Of a stretch of 59,291 nucleotides of DNA, positions 24,734 through 34,639 are shown piece after piece (position 1 is the stretch's first letter; every line of letters begins with the position of its first letter). Source of the DNA: a virus (Duplodnaviria; Caudoviricetes); the IMG/VR virus record IMGVR_UViG_3300045996_001841, positions 1 to 59,291 of that record; one strand, written 5' to 3'. Both the position numbers and the translations under genes were made by a program. The notes beneath the pieces are model-generated. The model was not told the origin of the DNA. It ran no database searches and saw only the letters and a program-made list of their open reading frames with translations.

Positions 24734-26881
24734 GTGCGGACATTGCCGTTGCGACGGGAAGACATCGAAGCGTTGATTGCGGCCGGCTGGTCGCCGGTCC
24801 CCATCCTCAAGGGTCGAAAGAACCCCATCGATCCGGACTGGCAGAACAAGACCTACGCCCCTGAGCACTTCCCCGAGGACGCCAACGTCGGCGTCCACTG
24901 TGGCGAGAAGTCCGGCTGGCGCGTCGACGTGGACCTGGACGGGAAGGAAGCCATCGCCGTCGCGCGTGAGCTGCTGCCCGATACCGGCCTCGTGCATGGG
25001 CGCCCGGGCAAGCCGCTCTCGCACCGGTGGTATCGTGCCGAGAAGGCCGAGACGAAACAGTTCACCGATTTGAACGGCGTCATGCTGGTCGAGCTGCGCT
25101 CGAACGGCGGGCAGACCGTTGTGCCCCCGAGCACGCACCAGTCGGGCGAGGCCATCACGTGGGTCGAGCAGCGCTCCCCGCTCACGATTGACGCCCCCGT
25201 GCTCCTGCACCACGTGCGCGCGGTCGCCATTGCGGCGCTCCTGGCGCAGAACTGGCCGACTGGCGGACGCCACGCCGCGTCCGGCCCGCTGGCCGGGTTC
25301 CTGCTCCGCGTCGGCTTCGAGGAAGCCCTCGTGGTCCGCATCATCGAGCAGGCGGCCCGGGCCGCCGGCGACGACGAGGTGAAGGACCGGGTGCGGGTCG
25401 CCGAGGACACGTGCCGGAACCACGCCGCCGGGAAGAAGACGACCGGCGCCCCACGCCTGGCAGAACTGATGCCCCGCGGCGCGGAGATCGTCAAGAAGGT
25501 CTATCAGTGGATGGAGCGCGAGGGCGACGACGCCCTCGAGCAGTTGAACGAGATCCACTTCGTCGCGCAGCTCGGCTCGGACACCGTGGTCGGCACGGAG
25601 CGGGACAACGGCCGGCCGCCGACCTTCTCCAGCTTTGAGCAGTTCCGCCTCCGGTATTACAACCGGTTCATCGGCAAGAAGAAGCTCGGGGAGTTCTGGC
25701 TCGAGCATCGGCACCGGCGCACGTATCGCGAGGTCGTGTTCGCCCCGCCGCCGCTCACCTGCCAGGAGGACGACTACAACCTCTGGACCGGGTTCACGGT
25801 GGAGCCGGACCCGAACCCCGTCCCCGAGGATCGGTGCCCCCGGTTCCTCGACCATCTGTGGCGCGTGATCTGTAACGGCGACGCTGACATCTTCAACTAC
25901 CTCCTCGACCACCTCGCGCTGATCGTGCAGCGGCCGGGCGACATCAAAGCCACCGGCATCGCCGTCGTCATGCGGGGCGACGCCGGCGCCGGCAAGGGCA
26001 CGTTCGTCGAGCTGTTCGGGTCGTTGTTCGGGGTCGGCCGGCACTACATTCAGGTCGACAAGCAGAAGCACCTGACCGGCGCCTTCAACGACCATCTCTC
26101 GGGCAAGGTCGTGGTCTTCGCCGACGAGGCCGTGTGGGCCGGCGACAAGCGGGACATCGGCGCGCTGCGCCGCCTGGTCACCGAGCGTTACGTCACCGTC
26201 GAGCGGAAGTTCAAGGATGCGGTGACCGAGCAGAACTGCATTCACCTGTTCATGGCGACGAACGAGGATTGGGTGTGGCCGGCCTCCGTCAAGGAGCGTC
26301 GCGGGTTCATCCTCGACATCCACAAGCAGGTGCACACGAATCAGGCCTACTTCAACGCCATCTACGACGAGTGGGACGCCGGCGGCGCGCAGGCGTTCCT
26401 GGCCTTCTGTCAGCAACGCTACGTGCCCAACAACCGGCTCGGTCCGATCCCGTCAACCGCCGCCCTCGAGCATCAGCAGAACCTCTCGTTCGACCCGGTG
26501 CTCATGTGGTGGAAGGAGAAGCTGTATAAGGGCGAGCTGGGCCTGGACGGGTGGCCGGAGTTCGTGTCCTCCGACTGGCTCCACACCAACTACATCGAAG
26601 CGATGCAGTTCCTCGGGATCACCCGCCGCGTCGGCGAGATCGAGCTGCTGATGCGGATGAAGACGCTGCTGCCGAAGGGGACAAAGCAGGAGCGCCGGCG
26701 CGTGATGGTCAACACCGCGAAGTTCGGGCCCCCGAACCCGGTCAACCTGATGCGCCGCGGGATTGCGCTGCCCCCGCTCCAGGCCTGCCGCGAGTCATTT
26801 GATAAACACGTCGGCCACCCGGCGCAGTGGCCGGAGGACGAGCCCGGAATCCAGCCCCGTTTGACCGAGGAGTTGTCATGA
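24734..26881 (+). CDS. Bifunctional primase-polymerase fused to SF3-like helicase (NrS-1/DUF5906-like)
   Basis: KNP...NVG...VDVDLD...H...QTVVPPSTH; Walker A GDAGAGKGT; Walker B VVFADEA; MATN. Confidence 0.92.
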   Translation: MRTLPLRREDIEALIAAGWSPVPILKGRKNPIDPDWQNKTYAPEHFPEDANVGVHCGEKSGWRVDVDLDGKEAIAVARELLPDTGLVHGRPGKPLSHRWYRAEKAETKQFTDLNGVMLVELRSNGGQTVVPPSTHQSGEAITWVEQRSPLTIDAPVLLHHVRAVAIAALLAQNWPTGGRHAASGPLAGFLLRVGFEEALVVRIIEQAARAAGDDEVKDRVRVAEDTCRNHAAGKKTTGAPRLAELMPRGAEIVKKVYQWMEREGDDALEQLNEIHFVAQLGSDTVVGTERDNGRPPTFSSFEQFRLRYYNRFIGKKKLGEFWLEHRHRRTYREVVFAPPPLTCQEDDYNLWTGFTVEPDPNPVPEDRCPRFLDHLWRVICNGDADIFNYLLDHLALIVQRPGDIKATGIAVVMRGDAGAGKGTFVELFGSLFGVGRHYIQVDKQKHLTGAFNDHLSGKVVVFADEAVWAGDKRDIGALRRLVTERYVTVERKFKDAVTEQNCIHLFMATNEDWVWPASVKERRGFILDIHKQVHTNQAYFNAIYDEWDAGGAQAFLAFCQQRYVPNNRLGPIPSTAALEHQQNLSFDPVLMWWKEKLYKGELGLDGWPEFVSSDWLHTNYIEAMQFLGITRRVGEIELLMRMKTLLPKGTKQERRRVMVNTAKFGPPNPVNLMRRGIALPPLQACRESFDKHVGHPAQWPEDEPGIQPRLTEELS

Positions 26882-27123
26882 GCACCCCCTATGAACGGGT
26901 GTCGACCCGGATTGCCCAATTAGTAAGTGAACTGATGGAAGACGACATGCGGACTGCGGCAGACTTGATCCGCGCCGGCATCCCACACGAAACCCTCCGG
27001 CGTGTCCTCATTGGCACGCACGACATGCAGCTCTCGACCATCGTCCGGGTCGCGGAGCAGTTCGACTGTGACGTCGTGCTCAACTTCCGCAAGCGCACGG
27101 CACCATCTGTGCAGAAGGATTGA
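26878..27123 (+). CDS. XRE-like HTH protein
   Basis: RAGIPHETLRRVLIG...MQLSTIVRVAEQFDC. Confidence 0.75.
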   Translation: MSTPYERVSTRIAQLVSELMEDDMRTAADLIRAGIPHETLRRVLIGTHDMQLSTIVRVAEQFDCDVVLNFRKRTAPSVQKD

Positions 27124-27125
27124 CA

Positions 27126-28460
27126 ATGCCCGCTGGTATCTGTCGCACGTGTAAAACCGCTCCGATCACGCGCTACTCGAAGACCGGCGAGTGTGCCGCC
27201 TGTTCGCAACAGACACAGAGCTTTGAGCGCCGCAAAGCTCCCACCGCAATTCCATCGGCCCGTGAGGGGATTTCGGTGAAGGGCGATGCCGCGGAGGTGT
27301 CGAAGGTCGTCTACAAACCCATTCACACGCTTGCGGAACTGATTCGCGTCTGCGAGGTGGACACGACGGAGTGGGAGGTCGAGCGCTACACGTGCATGGG
27401 GCAGCAGCAGGTATCGGTGCCGCGATCGACCGGGAGCAAGCAGGAGGGCTGGCGGCGTGAGAGCGCGGAGCCTGTGCTCCGGCAGATGTTCCACGTCAAG
27501 GCTTGGTTGAAGCGCAAGACCCCACTGGTCAAGAGCCTCGAGCGCGCCCGAGTCGAGTTGGTCAAGGATCTGCGCGCGGCGGCGCCCAAACCCAAAGCCG
27601 TGAAGCACCGCTTTCCGCAGGGCGGATGGCTGTTCGAGTTCTGCCCCTTCGACCTGCACCTCGGGAAGCTGGCCTGGTCGGACGAGACGGTCACCAACTA
27701 CGACACCGCCATTGCCGAGGACCTGTTCAAAGCCTCCCTCGAGTTCCTGTTGGATCGTGCGCTGAAGCTCTCCGATGGAAAGCTCGAGCGGATCCTCTGT
27801 GTGTTCGGCAACGACGCCGCGCACATTGACAGCAAGAAGGCCGAGACGACGGCCGGCACCCGCATGGATGCGGACTCCCGCTACCTGCGCGTGTTCCGCC
27901 GCTTGGTCGCGATTCACCGAGAGGCTGTCGACCGACTGGTGGAGGTCGCGCCGGTCGACATCGTGATCGTGCCGGGGAACCACGACGAGCAGACCGCGTT
28001 CCTCATGGGCGCCGTCCTCGAGGCGCTGTATGAGAAGCACCCGCACGTCACGATCGACAATAACCCGAAGCTCCGGAAGTATTACCGGTTCGGCACCAAC
28101 CTGTTCGGATTCACGCACGGGGACTCGGAGAAGGTGAGCGAGCTGCCGCTGACGATGGCACGCGAGGTGCCGGAGCTGTGGTCGCAGGCCGCGTCACGCG
28201 AGTGGCATATCGGCCACAAGCACATTTCCGAGAAGTTCGAGACGCGCGGTGGGCGCATGGAGCAGGACTTCTTCAGCGACAAGGGCGTGCGCGTGCGCAG
28301 GCTGACTTCGCTCTCGGCCCACGACTTTTGGCACACCCGTCACGCCTATATGGATCGACGAGCCTGTGAAGGGTTCGTGTTCCACAAAACAGCAGGTTTT
28401 ACAGACCATTTAAGTTTCAACGTGGACCATTTTACGGGACAGGCTTTAACGATCAAATGA
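27126..28460 (+). CDS. Calcineurin-like metallophosphoesterase with N-terminal Zn finger
   Basis: DLHLG, GND, PGNHD, THGD, GHKH; N-terminal CxxC...CxxC. Confidence 0.88.
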   Translation: MPAGICRTCKTAPITRYSKTGECAACSQQTQSFERRKAPTAIPSAREGISVKGDAAEVSKVVYKPIHTLAELIRVCEVDTTEWEVERYTCMGQQQVSVPRSTGSKQEGWRRESAEPVLRQMFHVKAWLKRKTPLVKSLERARVELVKDLRAAAPKPKAVKHRFPQGGWLFEFCPFDLHLGKLAWSDETVTNYDTAIAEDLFKASLEFLLDRALKLSDGKLERILCVFGNDAAHIDSKKAETTAGTRMDADSRYLRVFRRLVAIHREAVDRLVEVAPVDIVIVPGNHDEQTAFLMGAVLEALYEKHPHVTIDNNPKLRKYYRFGTNLFGFTHGDSEKVSELPLTMAREVPELWSQAASREWHIGHKHISEKFETRGGRMEQDFFSDKGVRVRRLTSLSAHDFWHTRHAYMDRRACEGFVFHKTAGFTDHLSFNVDHFTGQALTIK

Positions 28461-28825
28461 GTTCTTCTGCTGCCTACTCCCGGCGTTGGCGCGAACGGCA
28501 TCCGGAGCGCCATCACGAGCGCCAGCGCAAGCAGTTGGCGCGCCCCGAGCGCCCGTCCGCCATGCGCAAAGCACACTTGCGTCGGGCCTACGGGCTGTCG
28601 CTCGAGGACTACGAGCAACTGGTGGCCTCTCACGAGGGTCGGTGCGCGATCTGTAAGCATAGTGAGGTAGGGAATTTGCCTGTCGATCATGATCACAAGA
28701 CAGGCCGCATTCGTGGACTCTTGTGTCAACGCTGCAACCGAGCCATCGGCATGTTCAAGGACTCTCCTGAGCTGTGCGACGCAGCGGCGCACTACCTCCG
28801 TAAGCACAGAAAGGCAAACGAATGA
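28457..28825 (+). CDS. Endonuclease VII-family (His-Me) nuclease
   Basis: CAIC...VDHDHKTGRIRGLLCQRCNRAIG. Confidence 0.92.
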   Translation: MSSSAAYSRRWRERHPERHHERQRKQLARPERPSAMRKAHLRRAYGLSLEDYEQLVASHEGRCAICKHSEVGNLPVDHDHKTGRIRGLLCQRCNRAIGMFKDSPELCDAAAHYLRKHRKANE

Positions 28826-29106
28826 CCTGGATCCTATGGGCCGCGCTCCTACTACTGCAAAACGCCAGCTTCACGCTGGTCAGCCGGGCGCGCAACTCGA
28901 AGTCGCTCTCCTACCACGCCTTCGCCTCCGTGTGCAGCAACGGTGTCTGGTTCATCTCCCTCGGGTTCTCCGTCGACAAGCTGAACGACGCCTGGAAGGC
29001 TGAGGGATGGGTGCTCCTGGTCGTGACCGCGCTGTTCTACACCGCGTGCACCGTCGCCGGCTCGGTCGGGATGCACCATTTTCTGATGACGAAGGTGGAG
29101 AAGTGA
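28822..29106 (+). CDS. Small three-TM membrane protein
   Basis: Three hydrophobic segments; ATGA coupling. Confidence 0.7.
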   Translation: MTWILWAALLLLQNASFTLVSRARNSKSLSYHAFASVCSNGVWFISLGFSVDKLNDAWKAEGWVLLVVTALFYTACTVAGSVGMHHFLMTKVEK

Positions 29107-29507
29107 AATACCCCGCCCCGCCCGTCGTGCAGCTCGTGCCGAAATACGGTCTGCGCGACTGCGTAGTGTCGGCTCTGGCCGCCTACCTGAACCGCCCCTA
29201 CGAGGAGGTGGTCGCCGCGGCGGCGCACGTCTACCCGAACTTCTGGAAGATCGGGCTCGAGAACCCGCACACGGTGCGCATCGCCCGGCGGTTGAAGTGC
29301 CCGGTGAAGTGGGTGATGGACTACGACATCGACGAAGACTCAGGTGTCCTCGGGATCTCCTACAACGTCGGCACCAATGAGCACGCGGTGCTGCTCCTCG
29401 AGGGGCGGATCGTGGAGCTAGAAGATAAGCAGCTCACGACATGGGAACCGGCCGCGTATCTCACGGCCCATAACGCGCGGCCCGGGCGACTGCTCGTGCG
29501 GCGCTGA
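29103..29507 (+). CDS. Papain-like (C39-like) cysteine peptidase-fold protein
   Basis: DCVVSALA and HAVLL putative catalytic motifs. Confidence 0.6.
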   Translation: MKYPAPPVVQLVPKYGLRDCVVSALAAYLNRPYEEVVAAAAHVYPNFWKIGLENPHTVRIARRLKCPVKWVMDYDIDEDSGVLGISYNVGTNEHAVLLLEGRIVELEDKQLTTWEPAAYLTAHNARPGRLLVRR

Positions 29508-29514
29508 GGAACGC

Positions 29515-30138
29515 ATGAAGAAGATCATCGGCGTCGATATCGACGGCGTGTTGGCGGACTTCAATAAGGGCTTCCGCGAAGTCCTGAAGACTGTCTCCGG
29601 CCGCGACTTGTTCAACGGCGAGGTGTGGCCGCCATGCTGGGACTGGCCGACGCACTACGGCTACACGCCGGAGGAGATCGCGGCGGCGTGGCAGGCCGTC
29701 GCCACGAACCCGACCTTCTGGTCCTCCCTCGACCACTACGAGGACGCGCGGCCGATGCTCAAGGCGCTGGTCGCGCAGGTCCGCGAGGAGGACGCCGAGG
29801 TCTACTTCATCACCTCGCGTTACGAGAGCAAGGGCCTGCACGGACAGTCGCTCATGTGGCTGCTCCGCAAGTCCCTCGGGTTCCTCCGTCCCGGCGAAGC
29901 GGTGCTGCCGACCGTGGTGATTGCGCGGGGGAACAAGGGCCTGCTGGCGCAGGGCCTCGGGCTCACGCACTTCATCGACGACAAGCCGGAGAACTGCGTC
30001 AGCGTCGCGCTGGCGAACCCGCGGTGTGTCGTCGTCCTGCTCCGGCGCTCCTACAACCAGGGCCAGGCGTTACAGCTCTGGCAGGACTACAAGATCGTCA
30101 ACGTCGCCAGCCTGTCGGAGTTCGTCGAGGAGTTGTAA
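29515..30138 (+). CDS. HAD-family 5'(3')-deoxyribonucleotidase-like protein
   Basis: GVDIDGVLADF, FITSR, K, FIDDKPEN, YN. Confidence 0.88.
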   Translation: MKKIIGVDIDGVLADFNKGFREVLKTVSGRDLFNGEVWPPCWDWPTHYGYTPEEIAAAWQAVATNPTFWSSLDHYEDARPMLKALVAQVREEDAEVYFITSRYESKGLHGQSLMWLLRKSLGFLRPGEAVLPTVVIARGNKGLLAQGLGLTHFIDDKPENCVSVALANPRCVVVLLRRSYNQGQALQLWQDYKIVNVASLSEFVEEL

Positions 30139-30141
30139 CCG

Positions 30142-30351
30142 GTGCCTCTCCCTACGGATCAAGAACAGTTCGACCGCGCGTTTCAGCGATGGCTGAGGAC
30201 CGGCGGCGTTGACCCCGAGGGCTCCCGGGTGATGTGGGAGCGGTTCTACCGCGGCTTGGACCGACACGTGCCGACGAAGTGCAAACACGGGCTCACGGTT
30301 CTCACGTGCGCCGAATGCAACCTCGAATACTACAAGGGCGGGAACAAATGA
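30142..30351 (+). CDS. Small Cys/His hypothetical protein
   Basis: CKHG...CAEC. Confidence 0.55.
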   Translation: MPLPTDQEQFDRAFQRWLRTGGVDPEGSRVMWERFYRGLDRHVPTKCKHGLTVLTCAECNLEYYKGGNK

Positions 30352-30917
30352 GCGATCCGAAGATTGGGCCCGGCGGCGCGCCGACCCGGGCCACGACCAT
30401 CCCCGAGGACGCAGCCGGGCGGAAGGCGCACCCGGTCGCCAGCGGCGTTCTCGACTACTTCCCTGACGCGCTGGTCGCCGTGGCCGCCGTCTCGTATGCC
30501 GGCAACGAGCAGCACAACCCCGGGCAACCGCTCCATTGGGCGCGCGGGAAGTCGGCCGATGAGTCCGACGCGCTGATGCGCCACTTCCTCCAGCGCGGCA
30601 CGTTGGACACGGACGGGTTCCGCCACTCGGCGAAGATGGCCTGGCGGGCGCTGGCGCTGTTGCAGAAGGAGATCGAGGCGGAGCAGGCTGGCGTGCCGGC
30701 TGAGGGCGTGCTCAACAAGCAGCCGAAGTTCGTGCCACTGCCCGTGGGCGTGCCATTCAGCTCCATCTACCACTGCCCCTGCGGCTCGATCTGCTACAAG
30801 GACGGTGATCTCTCCTACAACGCTCGCACGCAGCTCCTCCACACCTGTTTCGAGGAAACGCGCTCTCTTGAGGGTGTGCGCGACGTCGGTGGCTTCGTGC
30901 CGGGGCGACAGGACTAA
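30348..30917 (+). CDS. dATP/dGTP diphosphohydrolase-domain protein (DUF5664-like)
   Basis: GVLDYFPDALVAVA.VS..GNEQHNPGQPLHWAR...DALMRH...HSAKMAWRALA. Confidence 0.8.
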   Translation: MSDPKIGPGGAPTRATTIPEDAAGRKAHPVASGVLDYFPDALVAVAAVSYAGNEQHNPGQPLHWARGKSADESDALMRHFLQRGTLDTDGFRHSAKMAWRALALLQKEIEAEQAGVPAEGVLNKQPKFVPLPVGVPFSSIYHCPCGSICYKDGDLSYNARTQLLHTCFEETRSLEGVRDVGGFVPGRQD

Positions 30918-31249
30918 TGGGCCGCCACTTCCGCACGGCGGCGCAGCTCGCGCCGGCCGACCACGAGGAGTTCCCCCGCAGTCTCGTCCTGTTCCGCCTC
31001 GAGGCGCAGCGGGAGGCCCGGGCGCTGGTGCGCCTGGCCGCCCGCACAGAGTGCGACCTCGAGGAGCTGCTTGGCGTGCCCCCTCGGATTCGCGAGCACG
31101 TGAAGGCGTTCTGCCGCGCGCATCCCGAGGAGCATCGGCGGTTCGTGCTGGCCTTCCGCTACCGGGCCCTTGTGCTACGATATGTCAGAAAGTTGCTGAA
31201 AGGGGAGGACAATGGCGGAGGAGAAGGACAGACTGTTCCCGAAGTATGA
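30917..31249 (+). CDS. Hypothetical protein
   Basis: TAATG coupling. Confidence 0.6.
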   Translation: MGRHFRTAAQLAPADHEEFPRSLVLFRLEAQREARALVRLAARTECDLEELLGVPPRIREHVKAFCRAHPEEHRRFVLAFRYRALVLRYVRKLLKGEDNGGGEGQTVPEV

Positions 31250-31475
31250 GCAAGTGGACGTCAAGCGCCTCGAGGTCTACTTCCTCGGGGATAAGGCGCA
31301 AACGTTCCCCATCGGGCCTGACGATCGCCTCGTGGACAACCCTCTGCCCGACATCCTCGCACAGATCACACGTGCGGACGGCACCATCGAAACGATCCAC
31401 CACCGCAACGTCTGTTACACCGTGCTCCGCACGGTCAGCGTCAAGCGCAAGGTGACCCCGGAGGAGGGAGCTTAG
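31212..31475 (+). CDS. Hypothetical protein, last gene of the + arm
   Basis: GGAGG SD; stop overlaps the stop of the converging gene. Confidence 0.65.
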   Translation: MAEEKDRLFPKYEQVDVKRLEVYFLGDKAQTFPIGPDDRLVDNPLPDILAQITRADGTIETIHHRNVCYTVLRTVSVKRKVTPEEGA

Positions 31476-34400
31476 CTCCCTCCTACCGGCTTCGTCGCCA
31501 GGATCGTCGAAAGGTCCCCGGACGGCACGTCCTCGAGGACCACCAGGTTCCGGATATACGACACCCAATTGCGGAAGTCCGGTCGCACAACACTGTCTAC
31601 TGACGTGTTGTATTCGGCCCACCACGCTCGAATCGAGTTTTGGTTCGCGTCGCTGATAACAGTGCGCGTGTCGAGCGACGTTTGCAGCCCTGAGAAGATC
31701 GTCACCGTCCCCTGCACTTCATCGTTGACATACATCGAAATCAGGTCGTAGTCATTGACCTTGACCTCGATCTTCACGAAGATGCGGGTCCAGCGGTTCG
31801 GGAAGACGACGAACGTATTGTGCGCACCGGCGCCGCTCGGGCACCCGCCACCGGACCGCGGGCGCAGCGGATCCCGGTGCGCGTTCGGACCCAGCCGGTA
31901 GCCGTCCGAGTCCGCGTAGCTCGCGGGTCCGCACGTGAAGTTGTAGTGCCGCATGTTGATGGTGCCCACATGCAGGGCCGGGTTGAACGCAGCCGTCTGA
32001 CAGCACGCCGAGCCGCTGTTGTAGGCAATGCGCGGCTCAGCCCAAATCGTCCCTCGGGAAGCGTTACCGCTCGAAATCTGGAACGTCTTGTGCGTATCGA
32101 ACCCGCTGAACGCCGCAGCTCCGAGGAAGCTGCTTGTCATGTAGACGTCCCACGTAATGAGGTAGGTGTGCTCCTCGTTGGAAGGCGTCTCAATCGGGAC
32201 CGTCAACTGCGTCGGCAGGCTGTTCGTCCCGAGCTGCACGTCCTCACCGCTGCTATGCGAGGCCGCCGTCGTGCCGAAACGCCCGCGCGACACGTAGACG
32301 CTGTTGCCGCTCCGCACGGACCCATCCGGGCCCTGCACAACCGTCATGATCTCGTTGTCGATCTTGAGAGCGCGGTCCTTCCGATACGGGTTGATCGTGT
32401 CCGAGGACGTGGCGATGGGGATTAGCGTGTCGTCCGCATCGATCGCCCCGGTCAGCGAGGCGATGTTCGCCACCCACGGCGGAATAAGAACTTTCGCGGC
32501 GTCCTGCTTGTTCGGATCTGTATCGCCAGCAGGATTATAGGTTACGTGAGCACTAATTCCCGGCGGGCTCTGCTGATACGTGATCAACTGGTTCTGCCAC
32601 CGCGGAGACGACTGCGAGGTCTGCCCGGCGAGCGGACGCAGACTGACGCAGAGCGGAATCCCATCGGTCGTGTTCTGGTAGACATCGCCCCGCGCGCACA
32701 GTTGCTCGAAGAAGGTGTGCGGCCCCGCCGATCCCGCCGCGTTGATCGTGATCGAGAACGCCTGCGTGTCCGAGTCCGCCGCGGAGTCCGTGGCGAGCGC
32801 CGTCCACGAGCAGGTGCCGGCGTTGGTCGGCGTGCCGCTGATCGTGCCCGAGCTGCTGAGCGTGAGGCCGGCGCACTGCGCGTCCCCATCGTTGAGCGTC
32901 GTGCCGGCGCCGTTGTTCGACCAGGTAATCGGCGCCACGCCGCCGGTCGATACCAACTGGTGCCCGTAGGTGGAGTCCTCGACGGCGGAAGGTAGCGTCG
33001 CCGGCGACGTGATCACGAGGTCGGGCACGCTGTAGGTGACCGTAATGCTGTCGGAGGCGTCGTTCCCCGCCTCGTCCTCGGCCGTGCAGGTGATGATGTT
33101 CGTGCCCACCTGTAGCGCGATGCTACGGGACCAGCTCGTCGTGCCCGTCGCGTTGCCCGTGCCGCCGGCGGAGTTGACGCAGAACACGCGCGTCACGGCG
33201 ACGTTATCGCTGGCCGTGCCGGCGATGGTCGTGGGTGTCGTGCTGGTCGGGAAGTTGCTCCCACCGTTCGTCGTGATCGTAATCGTCGGGTCTGTCGAGT
33301 CCGTAGGCGTGAACGTGACCGTCAGCACGTCGACGTCATCGTTCGCCGCCGCGTCGGCCGCGGTCACCGTGATCGTGTTCGCCCCGCTCCCGAGGGTCGT
33401 GATGTTGAAGGACCACGCAGTCGTGCCCGTCGCCGTGCCGCTGGCCGGCGTGCACGTCGGGCAGGTCCAGGTCACCTCGTCGACTCCGGTGTTGTCCGCC
33501 GCCGTGCCGGCGACCGTCAGGGCCGCCGTCGACGTCGCAAACGTGGTCGCCGTGGTCGGAGAGGTGATCGACACCGTGGGGTCCTCGGTGTCGCCGCCGG
33601 CGCGCGTGATGATAAGAGTGTCCGAGCGGCACACTGCGGAGATGTTGCAGGCCGTCACGACGATCGTGTTCGTGCCGACCCCGAGGGTCAGGCCGCCGGC
33701 CGAGACGTCCTGGTCGACCACCGTGAAGTCGTCGACCGTGTTCGAGGGGGTGATTTGGTCCGCCGCCGCGGTCAGTGCGCCCCATCCGAGGCCGACGTCC
33801 ACCGCGTTGTCGCAAAAGCTGTCCGTCGCCGTCGTCCGCGACACGCCGTTCTGCGTCACCGTGAGCGAGGTGCCGTTGATCTCGGCCACGATCACGTCGC
33901 CGATGTTCACGTCCCCGGTATAGGGGGTGCCGAGCGTCGTCGGTGTGCCGGCCACCCGCTTGAACAGCTCGAGGGTGTTGGTCGCCGCGTTCGGACGCCA
34001 CACGACGCCGCAGTAGTTGGAGGCGTCCTGATACCCGAAAATGAGCGCCGTGCTGCGTGCCCCGTTCGACGCCAAGCCGGTGATGCGGGCGGACACCGTG
34101 TAGTGCGTGCCGGTGATCTCAACGGCCGGCGTTGCCATGTAGAGGAGAATCGACGTGCCGCTCGAGTCGGGGGACGCGGGGCGCACGTAGTCGTCCGCGT
34201 GGTTCGACACGGAGTTCGTGCCGGCGGTGTCGACGGCCTCCGCCCAACTGGTGCCGGTCGGCGTGGGCGTGTGCGAGGCCAGGTCCACGGTGCTCGCGGT
34301 GTTGAAGTTGTCCTCGAGCACGACGGTCGGCGTCGTGCCGCCGCTGATCGTCCACGCCTCGGTGCCGCTCGCGTCGCCGCTGGTGGGCGTGCACTCGGCA

Positions 34401-34639
34401 CACGTCCACTCAACCGTCGCGATGCCGGAGGTGTCGATCGCCGTGCCGGCGATCGTGACCGTCGCCTCGGCTGTGGAGAAGGACGGATCAATGGTCGGCG
34501 TGGAGATGGTGACGGACGGGACCGCGTGCAGTCGATCGTAACGGCCCTTGAACCGGGAGCGCAGGCTGGATTCCTGCGCAGTGGCGCCGCTGAGCGCAAG
34601 TGTCAGCAGCGTCACCAGAACAGCAGCTTTACTCCGCAT
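31472..34639 (-). CDS. Signal-peptide-bearing multi-Ig-domain protein (putative appendage/adhesin)
   Basis: 1055 aa; ...ALSGATA|Q; repeated P.V.IT.PT...GTA.D..GV..V.W...G.A.GT..W Ig units, a He_PIG-like unit and lectin-like beta domains. Confidence 0.8.
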   Translation of the reverse strand: MRSKAAVLVTLLTLALSGATAQESSLRSRFKGRYDRLHAVPSVTISTPTIDPSFSTAEATVTIAGTAIDTSGIATVEWTCAECTPTSGDASGTEAWTISGGTTPTVVLEDNFNTASTVDLASHTPTPTGTSWAEAVDTAGTNSVSNHADDYVRPASPDSSGTSILLYMATPAVEITGTHYTVSARITGLASNGARSTALIFGYQDASNYCGVVWRPNAATNTLELFKRVAGTPTTLGTPYTGDVNIGDVIVAEINGTSLTVTQNGVSRTTATDSFCDNAVDVGLGWGALTAAADQITPSNTVDDFTVVDQDVSAGGLTLGVGTNTIVVTACNISAVCRSDTLIITRAGGDTEDPTVSITSPTTATTFATSTAALTVAGTAADNTGVDEVTWTCPTCTPASGTATGTTAWSFNITTLGSGANTITVTAADAAANDDVDVLTVTFTPTDSTDPTITITTNGGSNFPTSTTPTTIAGTASDNVAVTRVFCVNSAGGTGNATGTTSWSRSIALQVGTNIITCTAEDEAGNDASDSITVTYSVPDLVITSPATLPSAVEDSTYGHQLVSTGGVAPITWSNNGAGTTLNDGDAQCAGLTLSSSGTISGTPTNAGTCSWTALATDSAADSDTQAFSITINAAGSAGPHTFFEQLCARGDVYQNTTDGIPLCVSLRPLAGQTSQSSPRWQNQLITYQQSPPGISAHVTYNPAGDTDPNKQDAAKVLIPPWVANIASLTGAIDADDTLIPIATSSDTINPYRKDRALKIDNEIMTVVQGPDGSVRSGNSVYVSRGRFGTTAASHSSGEDVQLGTNSLPTQLTVPIETPSNEEHTYLITWDVYMTSSFLGAAAFSGFDTHKTFQISSGNASRGTIWAEPRIAYNSGSACCQTAAFNPALHVGTINMRHYNFTCGPASYADSDGYRLGPNAHRDPLRPRSGGGCPSGAGAHNTFVVFPNRWTRIFVKIEVKVNDYDLISMYVNDEVQGTVTIFSGLQTSLDTRTVISDANQNSIRAWWAEYNTSVDSVVRPDFRNWVSYIRNLVVLEDVPSGDLSTILATKPVGGS

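Noticed and set aside
30348-30917. 2-aminoadenine (Z) genome or other base-substitution pathway
   Set aside because: No PurZ, DatZ-like HD enzyme, queuosine-pathway or thymidylate-modifying genes were recognised.
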